Below, piece by piece: positions 1-8,538 of a stretch of 11,474 nucleotides of DNA. Positions within the stretch are counted from its first letter, which is position 1, and every line of letters starts with the position of its first letter. Under the pieces are notes generated by a model that did not search any database, was not told the origin of the DNA, and worked only from the letters and a program-made list of their open reading frames with translations. The stretch is from a bacterium (GTDB taxonomy: Bacteria > Hydrothermota > 32-111), in NCBI GenBank assembly GCA_050239825.1, contig JBFXGO010000052.1, positions 1 through 11,474 on the forward strand. The letters run 5' to 3'. Made by a program: the position numbers and the translations under genes.

Positions 1-2
1 AG

Positions 3-158
3 TTTAATGAACATAAATGGAAAAAAATTAGAGCCGAACTATTGTGCTATCTGCATGGAGAAATGTGCTTTACGTATGTTGAAATCTCAAAAAATAAATA
101 TTTCAAAGATATACAATTATCATCATTAGGTAAAATTTATAGCAGGAATATATCCTGA
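3..158 (+). CDS. 3' end of a gene entering from the left; tentatively the C-terminal helical/HTH tail of a REP-associated tyrosine transposase (RAYT, IS200/Y1-like)
   Basis: Frame +3 is open from the edge to TGA at 156-158 (FNEHKWKKIRAELLCYLHGEMCFTYVEISKNKYFKDIQLSSLGKIYSRNIS*). The pattern R-A-E-L-L-x-x-L...T-Y-x-E-I-S resembles the helical tails I recall on RAYT-type transposases, and a transposase-end-like motif follows. No catalytic HUH motif lies in the window, so the product call is weak. Confidence 0.4.
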   Translation, partial: FNEHKWKKIRAELLCYLHGEMCFTYVEISKNKYFKDIQLSSLGKIYSRNIS

Positions 159-159
159 A

Positions 160-185
160 ATGTCAAGATGTCAAGCACCGTCCCC
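160..185 (+). repeat. Tandem 8-mer ATGTCAAG x2 (160-175) followed by C-ACCGTCCCC (177-185); possible REP-like or element end motif
   Basis: Read directly from the sequence: atgtcaag atgtcaag c accgtcccc. It fills most of the 29-nt gap between two convergent stop codons. The role as an element end is inferred. Confidence 0.5.
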
Positions 186-187
186 AT

Positions 188-2047
188 TCATTTGTTAAGT
201 TTCTTATCAATTGCGATTGCGGCGCGGAGTCCGTCTGCGATTGCATTGACAATATCAGGGCCCTTTACAATGTCTCCTGCGGCGTATATTTTTTCAGCTC
301 CTGTTTCATTCTTCTCATTGAGTACTATCTTTCCTCTCTCAAATTTCATTTTGCTCTTCACATCATCGCTTATATATGAATAATCAGGCGCCTGTCCTAT
401 TGCCTCAATAATCATTGTGGCTTCGCATATCGCTTGATCCTCTTCATTATAGTGTGGATTGAAATTCATTTTTTCATCAAAGACGCTTTCGCACTTCATG
501 TGGTCCAAGCCCTTCACTCTTCCGCTCTCATCAAGAAGAACCTGTTTCGGCCCTCTTCCGCATATTAGAACCACGCCCTCTTCAGCGCTTTCATCAATCT
601 CCTCTTCATCAGCTGGAATAATATCAAGAGTCTCGAGGCATATCTGAGTAACCTTGACTTTTCCGTACTTCATCATCTGAAGCCGTGCGGCGCTCCTTGA
701 GCAGTCAAATGCCACATTTCCGCCTCCTATGACAAGTATGTTTTCCGTTATCTCCACTTCTTTTTTCTTCTTAGCGGCAAAATCCCTTGTATCGCTTAGA
801 AAATCAAGCGCCTGAACAACCCCCTTTGACTGGGAGCCGGGAATTCTTGTACTTCTTCCGAGATTGAATCCTGTTGATAGAATAACCGCATCATTATCTT
901 TTTGTAATGAATCAAATGAAACATCTTTTCCCACATATGTCTTAGTCTTTATCTCAACTCCCAAGGATTTTATGAAGTCAATATCTTTATCGAGGGCAGA
1001 GTCGGGAAGTCTGTATGCAGGTATCCCGTACCTCATTATTCCGCCCGCTTTTTCATCAGCTTCATATATAGTTATTTTGTATCCCATAAGAGAGAGGAAG
1101 AATGCGGCAGATAGCCCGGCCGGTCCGCCTCCAATAATTGCTATTTTTTTATTTACAGGTTTTATTGCATTGTTTGTAATGACTGATTTGTATTTTTCAA
1201 GAGGAAGAGAATCAACCGCATATCTTTTAAGCCACCTTATTGCGAGAGGGTCTCCTCTGAGTCCTATTGAACAGGCTGTTTCGCACTTGTGTGTGCAGAC
1301 TCTTCCGCACACTTCAGGAAGAGGATTTGTTTTGTAAATCTGTTTTACTGACTCATCTATGTCGTCTTTCCATATTGCATCAATATATTCGGGTATGTCC
1401 ATGTGAATAGGGCATGCCTCTTTGCAGAGTCCGCATGCAACGCACCTCTGGGCCTCTTTTACCGCCTCCTCTTTTGAGTATCCCCTGACCATCTCCACAA
1501 ATGAATCCTTTCTCTCCTTCGGCTCCATTACTCCCATGACCATTCTGTCAAGAGAGAGCCATGACCATTCATCAGGTGTATTCCAACCCGGATTTTCGGA
1601 GAATGAAGAATCAGGCCTGCGCACAAAATCATTTGAAATCAAATCTCCTGCATCTTTTGAATGCGAATCAAAAGGAGTTAAAAATGTGTGAATATATTCG
1701 CGTGACATTGAGAGAGAGGAGCTTGTGCACACATCAACACAGAATCCGCAGAAACAGCATCTGCCGTAATCAATCACAGGGCGTTTCTTTGTGGAGCCTG
1801 CCTTATCCTTTACATCATCTGCCTCAACCATCTCAATAGCTCCTGTCGGACATATATCCATGCATGTGCCGCATCCGACGCATTTCTCAAGGTCATTTGT
1901 GTGTTTGCCCCTGTATTGCGGAGAGCATCCTTCATGTTCGGGATAAGTCTTCTTCTGCTCTTTCGGGTACCTCACAGTAATAGGGTCATGAAAGAGATAT
2001 TTGAGAGAGCTTAAAGGTCCTAATAAAGATTTTTTCTTATAATTCAT
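188..2047 (-). CDS. mbxN: MbxN/NuoI-like 2x[4Fe-4S] subunit fused to a GltD/SudA/NfnB-like FAD-dependent NAD(P)H oxidoreductase (619 aa)
   Basis: N-terminal NuoI-like TVRYP...YRGKH with CVGCGTCMDICP and CCFCGFCVDVCT. Then a GltD-type Fe-S domain (RCVACGLCKEACP, VCGRVCTHKCETAC), FAD motif IIGGGPAG, GGIMRYGIPAYRLP, a second Rossmann motif VIGGGNVAFD, and C-terminal IYAAGD. SD AGGAG at 2053-2057. Confidence 0.92.
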   Translation of the reverse strand: MNYKKKSLLGPLSSLKYLFHDPITVRYPKEQKKTYPEHEGCSPQYRGKHTNDLEKCVGCGTCMDICPTGAIEMVEADDVKDKAGSTKKRPVIDYGRCCFCGFCVDVCTSSSLSMSREYIHTFLTPFDSHSKDAGDLISNDFVRRPDSSFSENPGWNTPDEWSWLSLDRMVMGVMEPKERKDSFVEMVRGYSKEEAVKEAQRCVACGLCKEACPIHMDIPEYIDAIWKDDIDESVKQIYKTNPLPEVCGRVCTHKCETACSIGLRGDPLAIRWLKRYAVDSLPLEKYKSVITNNAIKPVNKKIAIIGGGPAGLSAAFFLSLMGYKITIYEADEKAGGIMRYGIPAYRLPDSALDKDIDFIKSLGVEIKTKTYVGKDVSFDSLQKDNDAVILSTGFNLGRSTRIPGSQSKGVVQALDFLSDTRDFAAKKKKEVEITENILVIGGGNVAFDCSRSAARLQMMKYGKVKVTQICLETLDIIPADEEEIDESAEEGVVLICGRGPKQVLLDESGRVKGLDHMKCESVFDEKMNFNPHYNEEDQAICEATMIIEAIGQAPDYSYISDDVKSKMKFERGKIVLNEKNETGAEKIYAAGDIVKGPDIVNAIADGLRAAIAIDKKLNK

Positions 2048-2055
2048 TTTATCTC

Positions 2056-3192
2056 CTATCTGTCAAAGTCAGGAGGACAAATGTCCATTGTAGCCATCCA
2101 CAATGCAACATCCTCAATTCTCATTCCCACAAGAGCCTTCTGCGCGTAAACAAGACCCGCAGTAAATGAGCCGCCTCTTACTGCCATTCTATACGGTTTA
2201 TCTCCTCCGTCTGAGACAATGTAATAAGCATGCTCTCCGTGCGCAGTCTCAAGCTTTACATAGACATCTCCTTTTGGGACTCTGAACTTGAGAGGGTTCG
2301 GCATCTTTGCGCGCACGCTTCCCTTGGGAATTTGATGAATAGCTTTTTTTATAATATCAAGAGAGACCTGAAACTCCTCTCTCTTCTGCACTGCGCGGGC
2401 AAGCCCGTCTCCGTCGCTCTGCACTGGGATTTCAAAATCTATTTTGTCATACGCGGCGTAAGGAACAGCTTTTCTTGTGTCATACTTTATTCCTGTTGCT
2501 CTTATGTTCGGACCTGTTATCCCGAATTTCATTGCATCTTCCTTGGTAATTGGTCCCAATCCCTCAAGACGCTTTACTATGAGCGGATTATTGTATATAA
2601 GTCTGTCATACTCGTAAAGCCGCTTTTGTAGGTAATCTACAGTTTCGGAGAGCTTTTCAAGCCATCCGTCCGGTATATCCCTTCTCACTCCGCCCGGAAG
2701 AATGAACATGTGATAGACTCTTGCTCCTGTGAGCCATTCAAACAAATCGAGGAGATAATCTCTGTCGGCAGATGTCCAGTAAGACGCAGTGTAAAGCCCT
2801 GTTGATCCTCCTATTCCTCCGAACCCGAAGAGAAATGCGCCCATTCGCGCCATTTCAAGTATTATTGTTCTTATATACTGCGCCCTCTCAGGAACATCTA
2901 TTCCCATCAGTTTTTCAACTGCTATTGAATATATTGCTTCATTGATGTCAGGCTCCGGAACGCATATTCTCGGTATCAGAGAAATATTCTGCATCCACAT
3001 TCTCTGCTCTACAAGTTTTTCAAAACCTCTGTGCAGAAGTCCTGCATCAGGGTCTATCTTCATTATTGTGTGTCCCTCAACAGTGATTATGTATGAAAAA
3101 TTACCGTGCATTCCCGGATGGTTCGGACCGAAGAAAAGTTCATACTTTTTGTATTGGTCTTCCATTCCCATTAAAGTAAGTATTTCGCTCAT
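2056..3192 (-). CDS. mbxL: MbxL/MbsL catalytic subunit (NuoD / group 4 hydrogenase large-subunit homolog lacking the full NiFe ligand set), 378 aa
   Basis: FGPNHPGMHG, GLLHRGFEK, RICVPEPDINE and C-terminal DICPPDFDR*. Only two Cys in the protein. ATGA overlap with the upstream gene; SD GAGGA. Confidence 0.93.
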   Translation of the reverse strand: MSEILTLMGMEDQYKKYELFFGPNHPGMHGNFSYIITVEGHTIMKIDPDAGLLHRGFEKLVEQRMWMQNISLIPRICVPEPDINEAIYSIAVEKLMGIDVPERAQYIRTIILEMARMGAFLFGFGGIGGSTGLYTASYWTSADRDYLLDLFEWLTGARVYHMFILPGGVRRDIPDGWLEKLSETVDYLQKRLYEYDRLIYNNPLIVKRLEGLGPITKEDAMKFGITGPNIRATGIKYDTRKAVPYAAYDKIDFEIPVQSDGDGLARAVQKREEFQVSLDIIKKAIHQIPKGSVRAKMPNPLKFRVPKGDVYVKLETAHGEHAYYIVSDGGDKPYRMAVRGGSFTAGLVYAQKALVGMRIEDVALWMATMDICPPDFDR

Positions 3193-3674
3193 ACTTCCTC
3201 GCTCTTTTTAAATGTTCCGTAAATCTCATTTGAATATTTAAGAGAGTCAAAATCTTTTCTCATGGGCGGTTTGTCCTTCCAATTGTGAAGTATGAGAGGC
3301 CTTAGGTCATTGTTTCCCTCGAAATCTATTCCGAAAAACTCATGCACATCTCTCTCATACATCTGCGCCACCTCCCAAAGATTCATTACTGACTGAATCT
3401 TCGGTTTATCCCTGTCAATGAATGTCTTTATGAGAACCTGTTGTATGTGGGTATAAGAAAAGACATTGTATACAAGTTCGAATTTATTCTCTTTTATCCA
3501 GTCAACAGCGGATATAATTGCGAGCTGTTGAAAATCGAGCATCTGCATAAAGGAGAGAAGCCTCACTATCTCATTCTTCTCAACAGTTATAGAAAACTGC
3601 TTTGCATCGGTTATGTTCACTTCAGCATCTAAGAAACTCTCTTTTATCTTTAAGATTAAATCTTTCTGTTCCAT
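3189..3674 (-). CDS. mbxK: MbxK / NuoC-like subunit (161 aa; start revised from 3740 to ATG at 3674)
   Basis: ISAVDW...FELVY, YERDVHEFFGIDFEGN, PPMRKDF are NuoC-family motifs. The ATG at 3674 has AGGAGG (3679-3684) just upstream and overlaps the mbxJ stop (TAATG). Confidence 0.92.
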   Translation of the reverse strand: MEQKDLILKIKESFLDAEVNITDAKQFSITVEKNEIVRLLSFMQMLDFQQLAIISAVDWIKENKFELVYNVFSYTHIQQVLIKTFIDRDKPKIQSVMNLWEVAQMYERDVHEFFGIDFEGNNDLRPLILHNWKDKPPMRKDFDSLKYSNEIYGTFKKSEEV

Positions 3675-4231
3675 TATGCCTCCTCTTTCAGGACTGCCGA
3701 TGTGCGTTCGAGAACATTTCTCTGATTTGTTTTGTACCACTCGTAATTCTCTTTGTATTTTTTGTATCCCACGGCCTCTCCCTTTTCAATTGCCTTCATA
3801 AGTTTTGTGAACCCGTCTATTATCGCCTCTGGACGGGGCATACACCCCTCTATCGATAGGTCAACAGGCATATAGAGCGCGAGCCGGTTTATCACAGAAT
3901 AAGAATCATAATAAATTCCGCCGTTAATTGGGCATGAACCGAATGCAATGACCCACTTCGGTTCCTGCATCTGTTCGTAAGTGTATATGACCCTCTTTAA
4001 TGATTTTACTGAGAGGTACCCTGTTATTAAAAGCAGGTCTGCCTGACGGGGAGTCGCCATGGGACCCATGCCGAAGCGCTCCATGTCCCACCGCGAGGTC
4101 ATTGTGGGAGGAAGCTCCACAGCTCCGCATCCTGTGCAGTAATGGAGCATCCAAAGGGATTTTTTCCTGAAAAAATTCAGAATCTGCTCCATTCCTTTGT
4201 CTTTGATTTCATTTGTGGAAGTTAACAGCAT
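3674..4231 (-). CDS. mbxJ: MbxJ / NuoB-like [4Fe-4S] small subunit (185 aa)
   Basis: HYCTGCGAVE, TPRQADLLLITG, FGSCPINGG, EGCMPRPEA. The first motif is CxxC rather than the tandem CC of true NuoB. SD GAGGA upstream. Confidence 0.94.
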   Translation of the reverse strand: MLLTSTNEIKDKGMEQILNFFRKKSLWMLHYCTGCGAVELPPTMTSRWDMERFGMGPMATPRQADLLLITGYLSVKSLKRVIYTYEQMQEPKWVIAFGSCPINGGIYYDSYSVINRLALYMPVDLSIEGCMPRPEAIIDGFTKLMKAIEKGEAVGYKKYKENYEWYKTNQRNVLERTSAVLKEEA

Positions 4232-4241
4232 AATTTCCTCT

Positions 4242-5132
4242 TTATATTATGAATATTATTAACTGAATTACTGCGAGCGCAGTCGGAGCCATCCAGAAGA
4301 ATTTGACTGCGTCTTCAAATCTGTACCTTGGGAAAATTCCCGATACTGCCACTGTGAGAAGATATAAGGCAAGCTGTTTTGCAAAAAATATAAAAAAGTT
4401 CTGGCTTCCTCCCAAAAACATGTTTACTATTATGCCTGTCTCAAGGAATATCTGAGCCGCATGCTGTAAAAATCCGAAGCCCAAGAATTTTCCGCTCAGT
4501 TCAACCATGGGACCCGATGCTATCTCCGAAGGAGCTATCATGGCGTCAAATGGCTGTTCTCCGAGCATTCCCTGAAGAGCTATCAGAGCGGCGAAGAATG
4601 CGAGGGGATATCTCACTGCATTCCATTCAAGCATTCCTCCCTGCTGATTGACAACCATCACCTGAAGCAGGGATGAATTGTTGGCGAAGACAAGGAGTAT
4701 TACGGTCAAGACGAATGGAATCTCATAACCGAGCATCAGAGTCAAAGCGCGCGCTATTCCTATTGTGGCATTGGGGTTTCCGGAGGCGGCGACACCTACT
4801 GCCATGCCTAAATATCCTATTGTCATGAAGTATATAATTATGATGATGTTTCCCTGCATCTGAGAGAAGACATTGAATGGTCCTATGGGCATGAAAATTA
4901 TTGTTGCGATTATTCCCGCGAATCCCATCATCACTCCGAAATCCATTACCCAGTTGTGAGATATTGATTTCTTTGAGAAGAGCTTTATCACATCAATGAA
5001 TGACTGATAGAATGGTCCGGCATAGTGGCGGCGGATTCTTGCGATGAATTTTCTTCCTATTCCGATGTAGAGAAGACCGAGAACAATGCTTGTGACAGCG
5101 GCGAATAAAAATCTCAGTATTGAATTTACCAT
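4242..5132 (-). CDS. mbxM: MbxM / NuoH-like membrane anchor subunit (about 296 aa; ATG at 5132 preferred over GTG at 5141)
   Basis: RKFIARI...YQSFIDVIKL, GYEIP, PFDAMIAPSEIASGPMVELSG, PRYRFED are NuoH/HyfC-family motifs, with multiple hydrophobic helices. SD-like GGGTGG precedes the ATG at 5132, which overlaps the upstream stop. Confidence 0.92.
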   Translation of the reverse strand: MVNSILRFLFAAVTSIVLGLLYIGIGRKFIARIRRHYAGPFYQSFIDVIKLFSKKSISHNWVMDFGVMMGFAGIIATIIFMPIGPFNVFSQMQGNIIIIIYFMTIGYLGMAVGVAASGNPNATIGIARALTLMLGYEIPFVLTVILLVFANNSSLLQVMVVNQQGGMLEWNAVRYPLAFFAALIALQGMLGEQPFDAMIAPSEIASGPMVELSGKFLGFGFLQHAAQIFLETGIIVNMFLGGSQNFFIFFAKQLALYLLTVAVSGIFPRYRFEDAVKFFWMAPTALAVIQLIIFII

Positions 5133-7018
5133 GCGAACCACCCGTATATGATTATTAGAGCAATTGAGAGAGCGAAGATATAAACAGCGCTCCTCGGATT
5201 TGACGAATAAAATTTCTTGATGAAATTGCCCACTTCATTTATTTTTCTTTCCGATGAATCATAAAACTCCTTTGTGTCAGTGCGTTTGTATTTGTCGAAC
5301 ATGTGCTCAAAGGGCTCATAGAACTTCAATGCAAAATGGTACATCTCCCGCGTGAGCCCGAATTCCTTCGGGTCCTGTCCCGCAGTGTAATTGTCAAGAA
5401 GCTCCACATGTTTACTCGGTTTGCCTATGAGGTAGAGGACAAATGCAAAGGCAAATGAACCTACAAAGACAAGAAATACAACAGGAGCATCGACAGATGA
5501 GAGCATAGAGTACATTGTAGTGTATGTGACTTTTATCTGTTCCATATTGAGTGATTTAAGAACACTATTTATTGGTATCAGAACTGCTCCCGGGAAAATT
5601 CCAATGAGAACCATGAGAGCCATCAGAATGTACATGGGAATCTGCATCAGTAACGGGACCTCTTTCACATCATCGAATTTTGAAGGAAGCTGTCCTAAAA
5701 AAATCGAATGAAGAGCCCTGAAAAGATACATGAATGCTCCGGTTGAAGACAAAAATATCATTGTTGCAAGAAACGGGAATCTACCCGAGAGGAGAGACTG
5801 ATAGATCATCCACTTTGAAGCGTATCCGTTCATGGGCGGTATGCCGGCGGCAGCTATTATGCCGAGAAGGAATGTCAAGAATGTGACAGGCATTTTGTAC
5901 GCGAGTCCGCCCAAACGATGCATCTCCCTCTCATGCGTTCTATATTTGACAGCCGCAAGAGACAAAAATATTGCTGTCTTGAAAATGGCATGGTTTATTA
6001 TGTGAAAAATCCCGCCCGCAACTCCCATTGATGATAGAATGAATATTGATGTTGCGGCATACCCGATGTTTCCCACGGTTGACCATGCCGCCAACTGCTT
6101 CATATCATTTGATTTTATTGCGAGAAATGTGGCAACAATGGATGTTATTGCCCCCACCCATGCTAGAATGTGCGAGAATAGAGGTATATGGTTTGACATC
6201 GGCTGTGTCTGCGAATAATTCATCAGAAATACGAACAGAGGCACAAGGAATAAGACTATTCCGTACAAGCCGTATTTAATCATTATCCCGGAAAGGTATG
6301 ATGAAAAATCATCCGGCGCCTCTGCATGCGCTTCAGCAGGCCAGATGTGGAAAGGTATGAGAGCGGATTTTGTGAAGAATCCGAGGATGAACATTATTGT
6401 TATGAAGACTGCCTGAGAAGAATTCAATTCATAGAGAACGAAAAGGTGCGCAATGTTTGATTCAATATTGAAAGTGCTGCTCTTGGAATAAAGGAAGAAG
6501 ATTCCCACAAGCATTGCAAATGCGCCGAGAATTGAAAGAATGAAATAATAGTTGACTGCTCTGAATGATTTTGTCCAGCCCGGAGAAATCACAAAAAATG
6601 ATAGGAATGTCATTGCCTCCCAAAATATGAAGAGAGTGAGTAGGTCGGAGGAGAGGAATATTCCGATATTAGCCGCTGAAAGGAGCATCCAGAAAAATCC
6701 AATGCTTTTTTCGCTCTCTTCACTCCTGTTCTTTACAATGGAAAAGAGTGAAATTATGAGAGAGATGGCCGTGGTGAAAAATGAAAAAAGCCATCCCAGA
6801 GGGGTGACCTTGAAATTTAGTGAGAAATCAACAGCACCTATGCTGAGAAGTCTGACTGACTCAGAGTATCCCCATATTCCATTCATCGTATAGATGAGGA
6901 ATGTGAGAGCGGCCAGAACTACTGTATAGAGAATCCATCTTACATAATTGTACTCTTTTCTCACGAACAGAGACAATACTGCTGTGGAAAAAGTGAACAG
7001 TAATGAGTATAGTATCAT
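5126..7018 (-). CDS. mbxH': MbxH' antiporter-like proton-translocating subunit (MrpD/NuoL-M-N/HyfB family), 630 aa
   Basis: DLLTLFIFWEAM, TKSALIPFHIWPAEAHAEAP, GIMIKYG, NHAIFK, GIPPMNGYASKW, plus a long C-terminal extension ending in a TM helix. Confidence 0.9.
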   Translation of the reverse strand: MILYSLLFTFSTAVLSLFVRKEYNYVRWILYTVVLAALTFLIYTMNGIWGYSESVRLLSIGAVDFSLNFKVTPLGWLFSFFTTAISLIISLFSIVKNRSEESEKSIGFFWMLLSAANIGIFLSSDLLTLFIFWEAMTFLSFFVISPGWTKSFRAVNYYFILSILGAFAMLVGIFFLYSKSSTFNIESNIAHLFVLYELNSSQAVFITIMFILGFFTKSALIPFHIWPAEAHAEAPDDFSSYLSGIMIKYGLYGIVLFLVPLFVFLMNYSQTQPMSNHIPLFSHILAWVGAITSIVATFLAIKSNDMKQLAAWSTVGNIGYAATSIFILSSMGVAGGIFHIINHAIFKTAIFLSLAAVKYRTHEREMHRLGGLAYKMPVTFLTFLLGIIAAAGIPPMNGYASKWMIYQSLLSGRFPFLATMIFLSSTGAFMYLFRALHSIFLGQLPSKFDDVKEVPLLMQIPMYILMALMVLIGIFPGAVLIPINSVLKSLNMEQIKVTYTTMYSMLSSVDAPVVFLVFVGSFAFAFVLYLIGKPSKHVELLDNYTAGQDPKEFGLTREMYHFALKFYEPFEHMFDKYKRTDTKEFYDSSERKINEVGNFIKKFYSSNPRSAVYIFALSIALIIIYGWFAW

Positions 7019-8538
7019 TTTAAGTCCCCTGCTTTTAAAACTCTCTCCATATATGTTGTTTTGTCCATCATGTCTTTCGCAGCAGATGAAACGATTCTTT
7101 CAGTGAATTTCGGCAAAACAATCAAAAGTACCATGACTGCTACAAGCAGAATGCCTGAAGTCGCATAGAATAAATTGAATCTAGGTTTTTCATTGACGTC
7201 AGTCTGCCTGAAAACAAAAAGCTTATGCATCATTCTAAAATAGTAGAAAAGCTCCGCCACTGATGCGAGAAGAACAATCGAAATGAGAATCACAAAATAG
7301 TTGGATGTCGAAACTGCAGATGCTATTAGAGCTGTCTTTCCATAGAAACCGAGGGTTAGAGGAAATCCCACCATAGAGAGAGCTGCGAATATAAAGAGAA
7401 TTGAAAAGAGGGGGCTTCTCTTTAAGCCGCCTGATAAACTGTCAATGTTTTTTTCTTTATTTCCCTTCATTATTTCGTGCGAAGAGAGGAAGAGGATGGC
7501 TTTGGATAATGAAAGATTTAGTATGAGCACCAATGCCGCAGAGAGAGAGTTGAAATCAGAAATCGAAAAGGCGAAGAGAATCATACCCATCTGCGATGCA
7601 GAGGAGAGAGCGAGAACTCTCTTCACATTCTTTGAGGATAATGCGGCTACCTCGCTGGCAATGATTGAAAATGCCGAAATGAAAGCAACGATGGTGCGTC
7701 CATCGACAGATACGAGAAACTCATAGCGGTTGTTTATGGGGTAGCCGATAATAGTTAAAAATATTCTGAAAAACACATACAATGCCGCGACTGAGCTTGC
7801 GGAGCCGAGAAGGATATTTACAAAGTTCCTAGCTCCTCCGTATGAGTCTGTTATCCAGAAATTGAAAGGGAATGTCTCTGTCTCTGACAGAATCGCGCCT
7901 AAAAACATTATGAATATGAATGAACCTGTGAGAGGCGAGAGTTCGTGAAACCTTAGTCCTATCTCTGCAATATTGAGAGTGCCGAGAGTGCCGTATATCA
8001 TTCCTATTGCAAAAAGAAAGAATGCAGATCCGATTGAAGAGAGAAGGAGATACTTGAATGCTCCTTTTAAGGAAGATTTATTCTTATTGAGAGTTATCAG
8101 CGATATGTTTGCTACCGCAAATATTTCAAAAAAGACAAACATATTGAATATGTCTCCCGTCAGAAGCAGACCCGAAGCGGATGCAGTAAAGAGGAAGAGG
8201 AGTGATGAAACTTTCACTGTATTTTCATCAGTCTTTTTTGAAACAAAAACAACGGATGCGGCGAGGATTATAAGGTAAATGAGAGACAGGAGAAGAAGGG
8301 ATGTGTATGTGAGAACAAGATTTATTCCGAATGGCGGTTCAAAACCGCTTATTACAGAAACGAGAGGACCTTTTAAAGCCACAATAGTCAGAAGATAAGT
8401 TGAAAAAAAGAAGCAGAATGCATTTGTCAGCACGAGAAGGAGGGCCGGAACTCTCTTGTTAAACATACCTATTGGAAGAGATAAAAAAGCCATAAGAAGG
8501 GGAGCCACAATGAGAAGGATTGCAGAATTATAATTCAT
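7015..8538 (-). CDS. mbxH: MbxH / MrpD(MnhD)-like antiporter subunit, 507 aa
   Basis: GFEPPFGINL, TGDIFNMFVFFEI, GAFKYL, GTLNIAEI, FPFNFW, KRVLALSS, GFPLTLGFYGK; highly hydrophobic. Confidence 0.9.
   Translation of the reverse strand: MNYNSAILLIVAPLLMAFLSLPIGMFNKRVPALLLVLTNAFCFFFSTYLLTIVALKGPLVSVISGFEPPFGINLVLTYTSLLLLSLIYLIILAASVVFVSKKTDENTVKVSSLLFLFTASASGLLLTGDIFNMFVFFEIFAVANISLITLNKNKSSLKGAFKYLLLSSIGSAFFLFAIGMIYGTLGTLNIAEIGLRFHELSPLTGSFIFIMFLGAILSETETFPFNFWITDSYGGARNFVNILLGSASSVAALYVFFRIFLTIIGYPINNRYEFLVSVDGRTIVAFISAFSIIASEVAALSSKNVKRVLALSSASQMGMILFAFSISDFNSLSAALVLILNLSLSKAILFLSSHEIMKGNKEKNIDSLSGGLKRSPLFSILFIFAALSMVGFPLTLGFYGKTALIASAVSTSNYFVILISIVLLASVAELFYYFRMMHKLFVFRQTDVNEKPRFNLFYATSGILLVAVMVLLIVLPKFTERIVSSAAKDMMDKTTYMERVLKAGDLK

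Noticed and set aside
1..129. Frame +1 is also open (SLMNINGKKLEPNYCAICMEKCALRML...HH*) with a CxxCxxxC pattern reminiscent of the ThiC C-terminus
   Set aside because: It lacks the conserved C(S/T)MCG context. Frame +3 is longer and ends right at the repeat motif. It cannot be fully excluded without upstream sequence.
188..2047. Glutamate synthase small subunit gltD or dihydropyrimidine dehydrogenase preT
   Set aside because: No gltB or preA is adjacent, and the domain is fused to a NuoI-like domain and coupled to the mbx operon.
3675..3740. N-terminal extension of mbxK in the ORF track (start 3740)
   Set aside because: It would overlap mbxJ by 67 bp, while the ATG at 3674 has a strong SD and TAATG coupling.
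2056..4231. Group 4 [NiFe] hydrogenase (Mbh/Ech/Hyc) or canonical complex I
   Set aside because: The large subunit has only one Cys of each CxxC pair. The small subunit has CxxC rather than the NuoB tandem CC. No NuoA/J/E/F/G genes are present and the gene order is that of Mbx.
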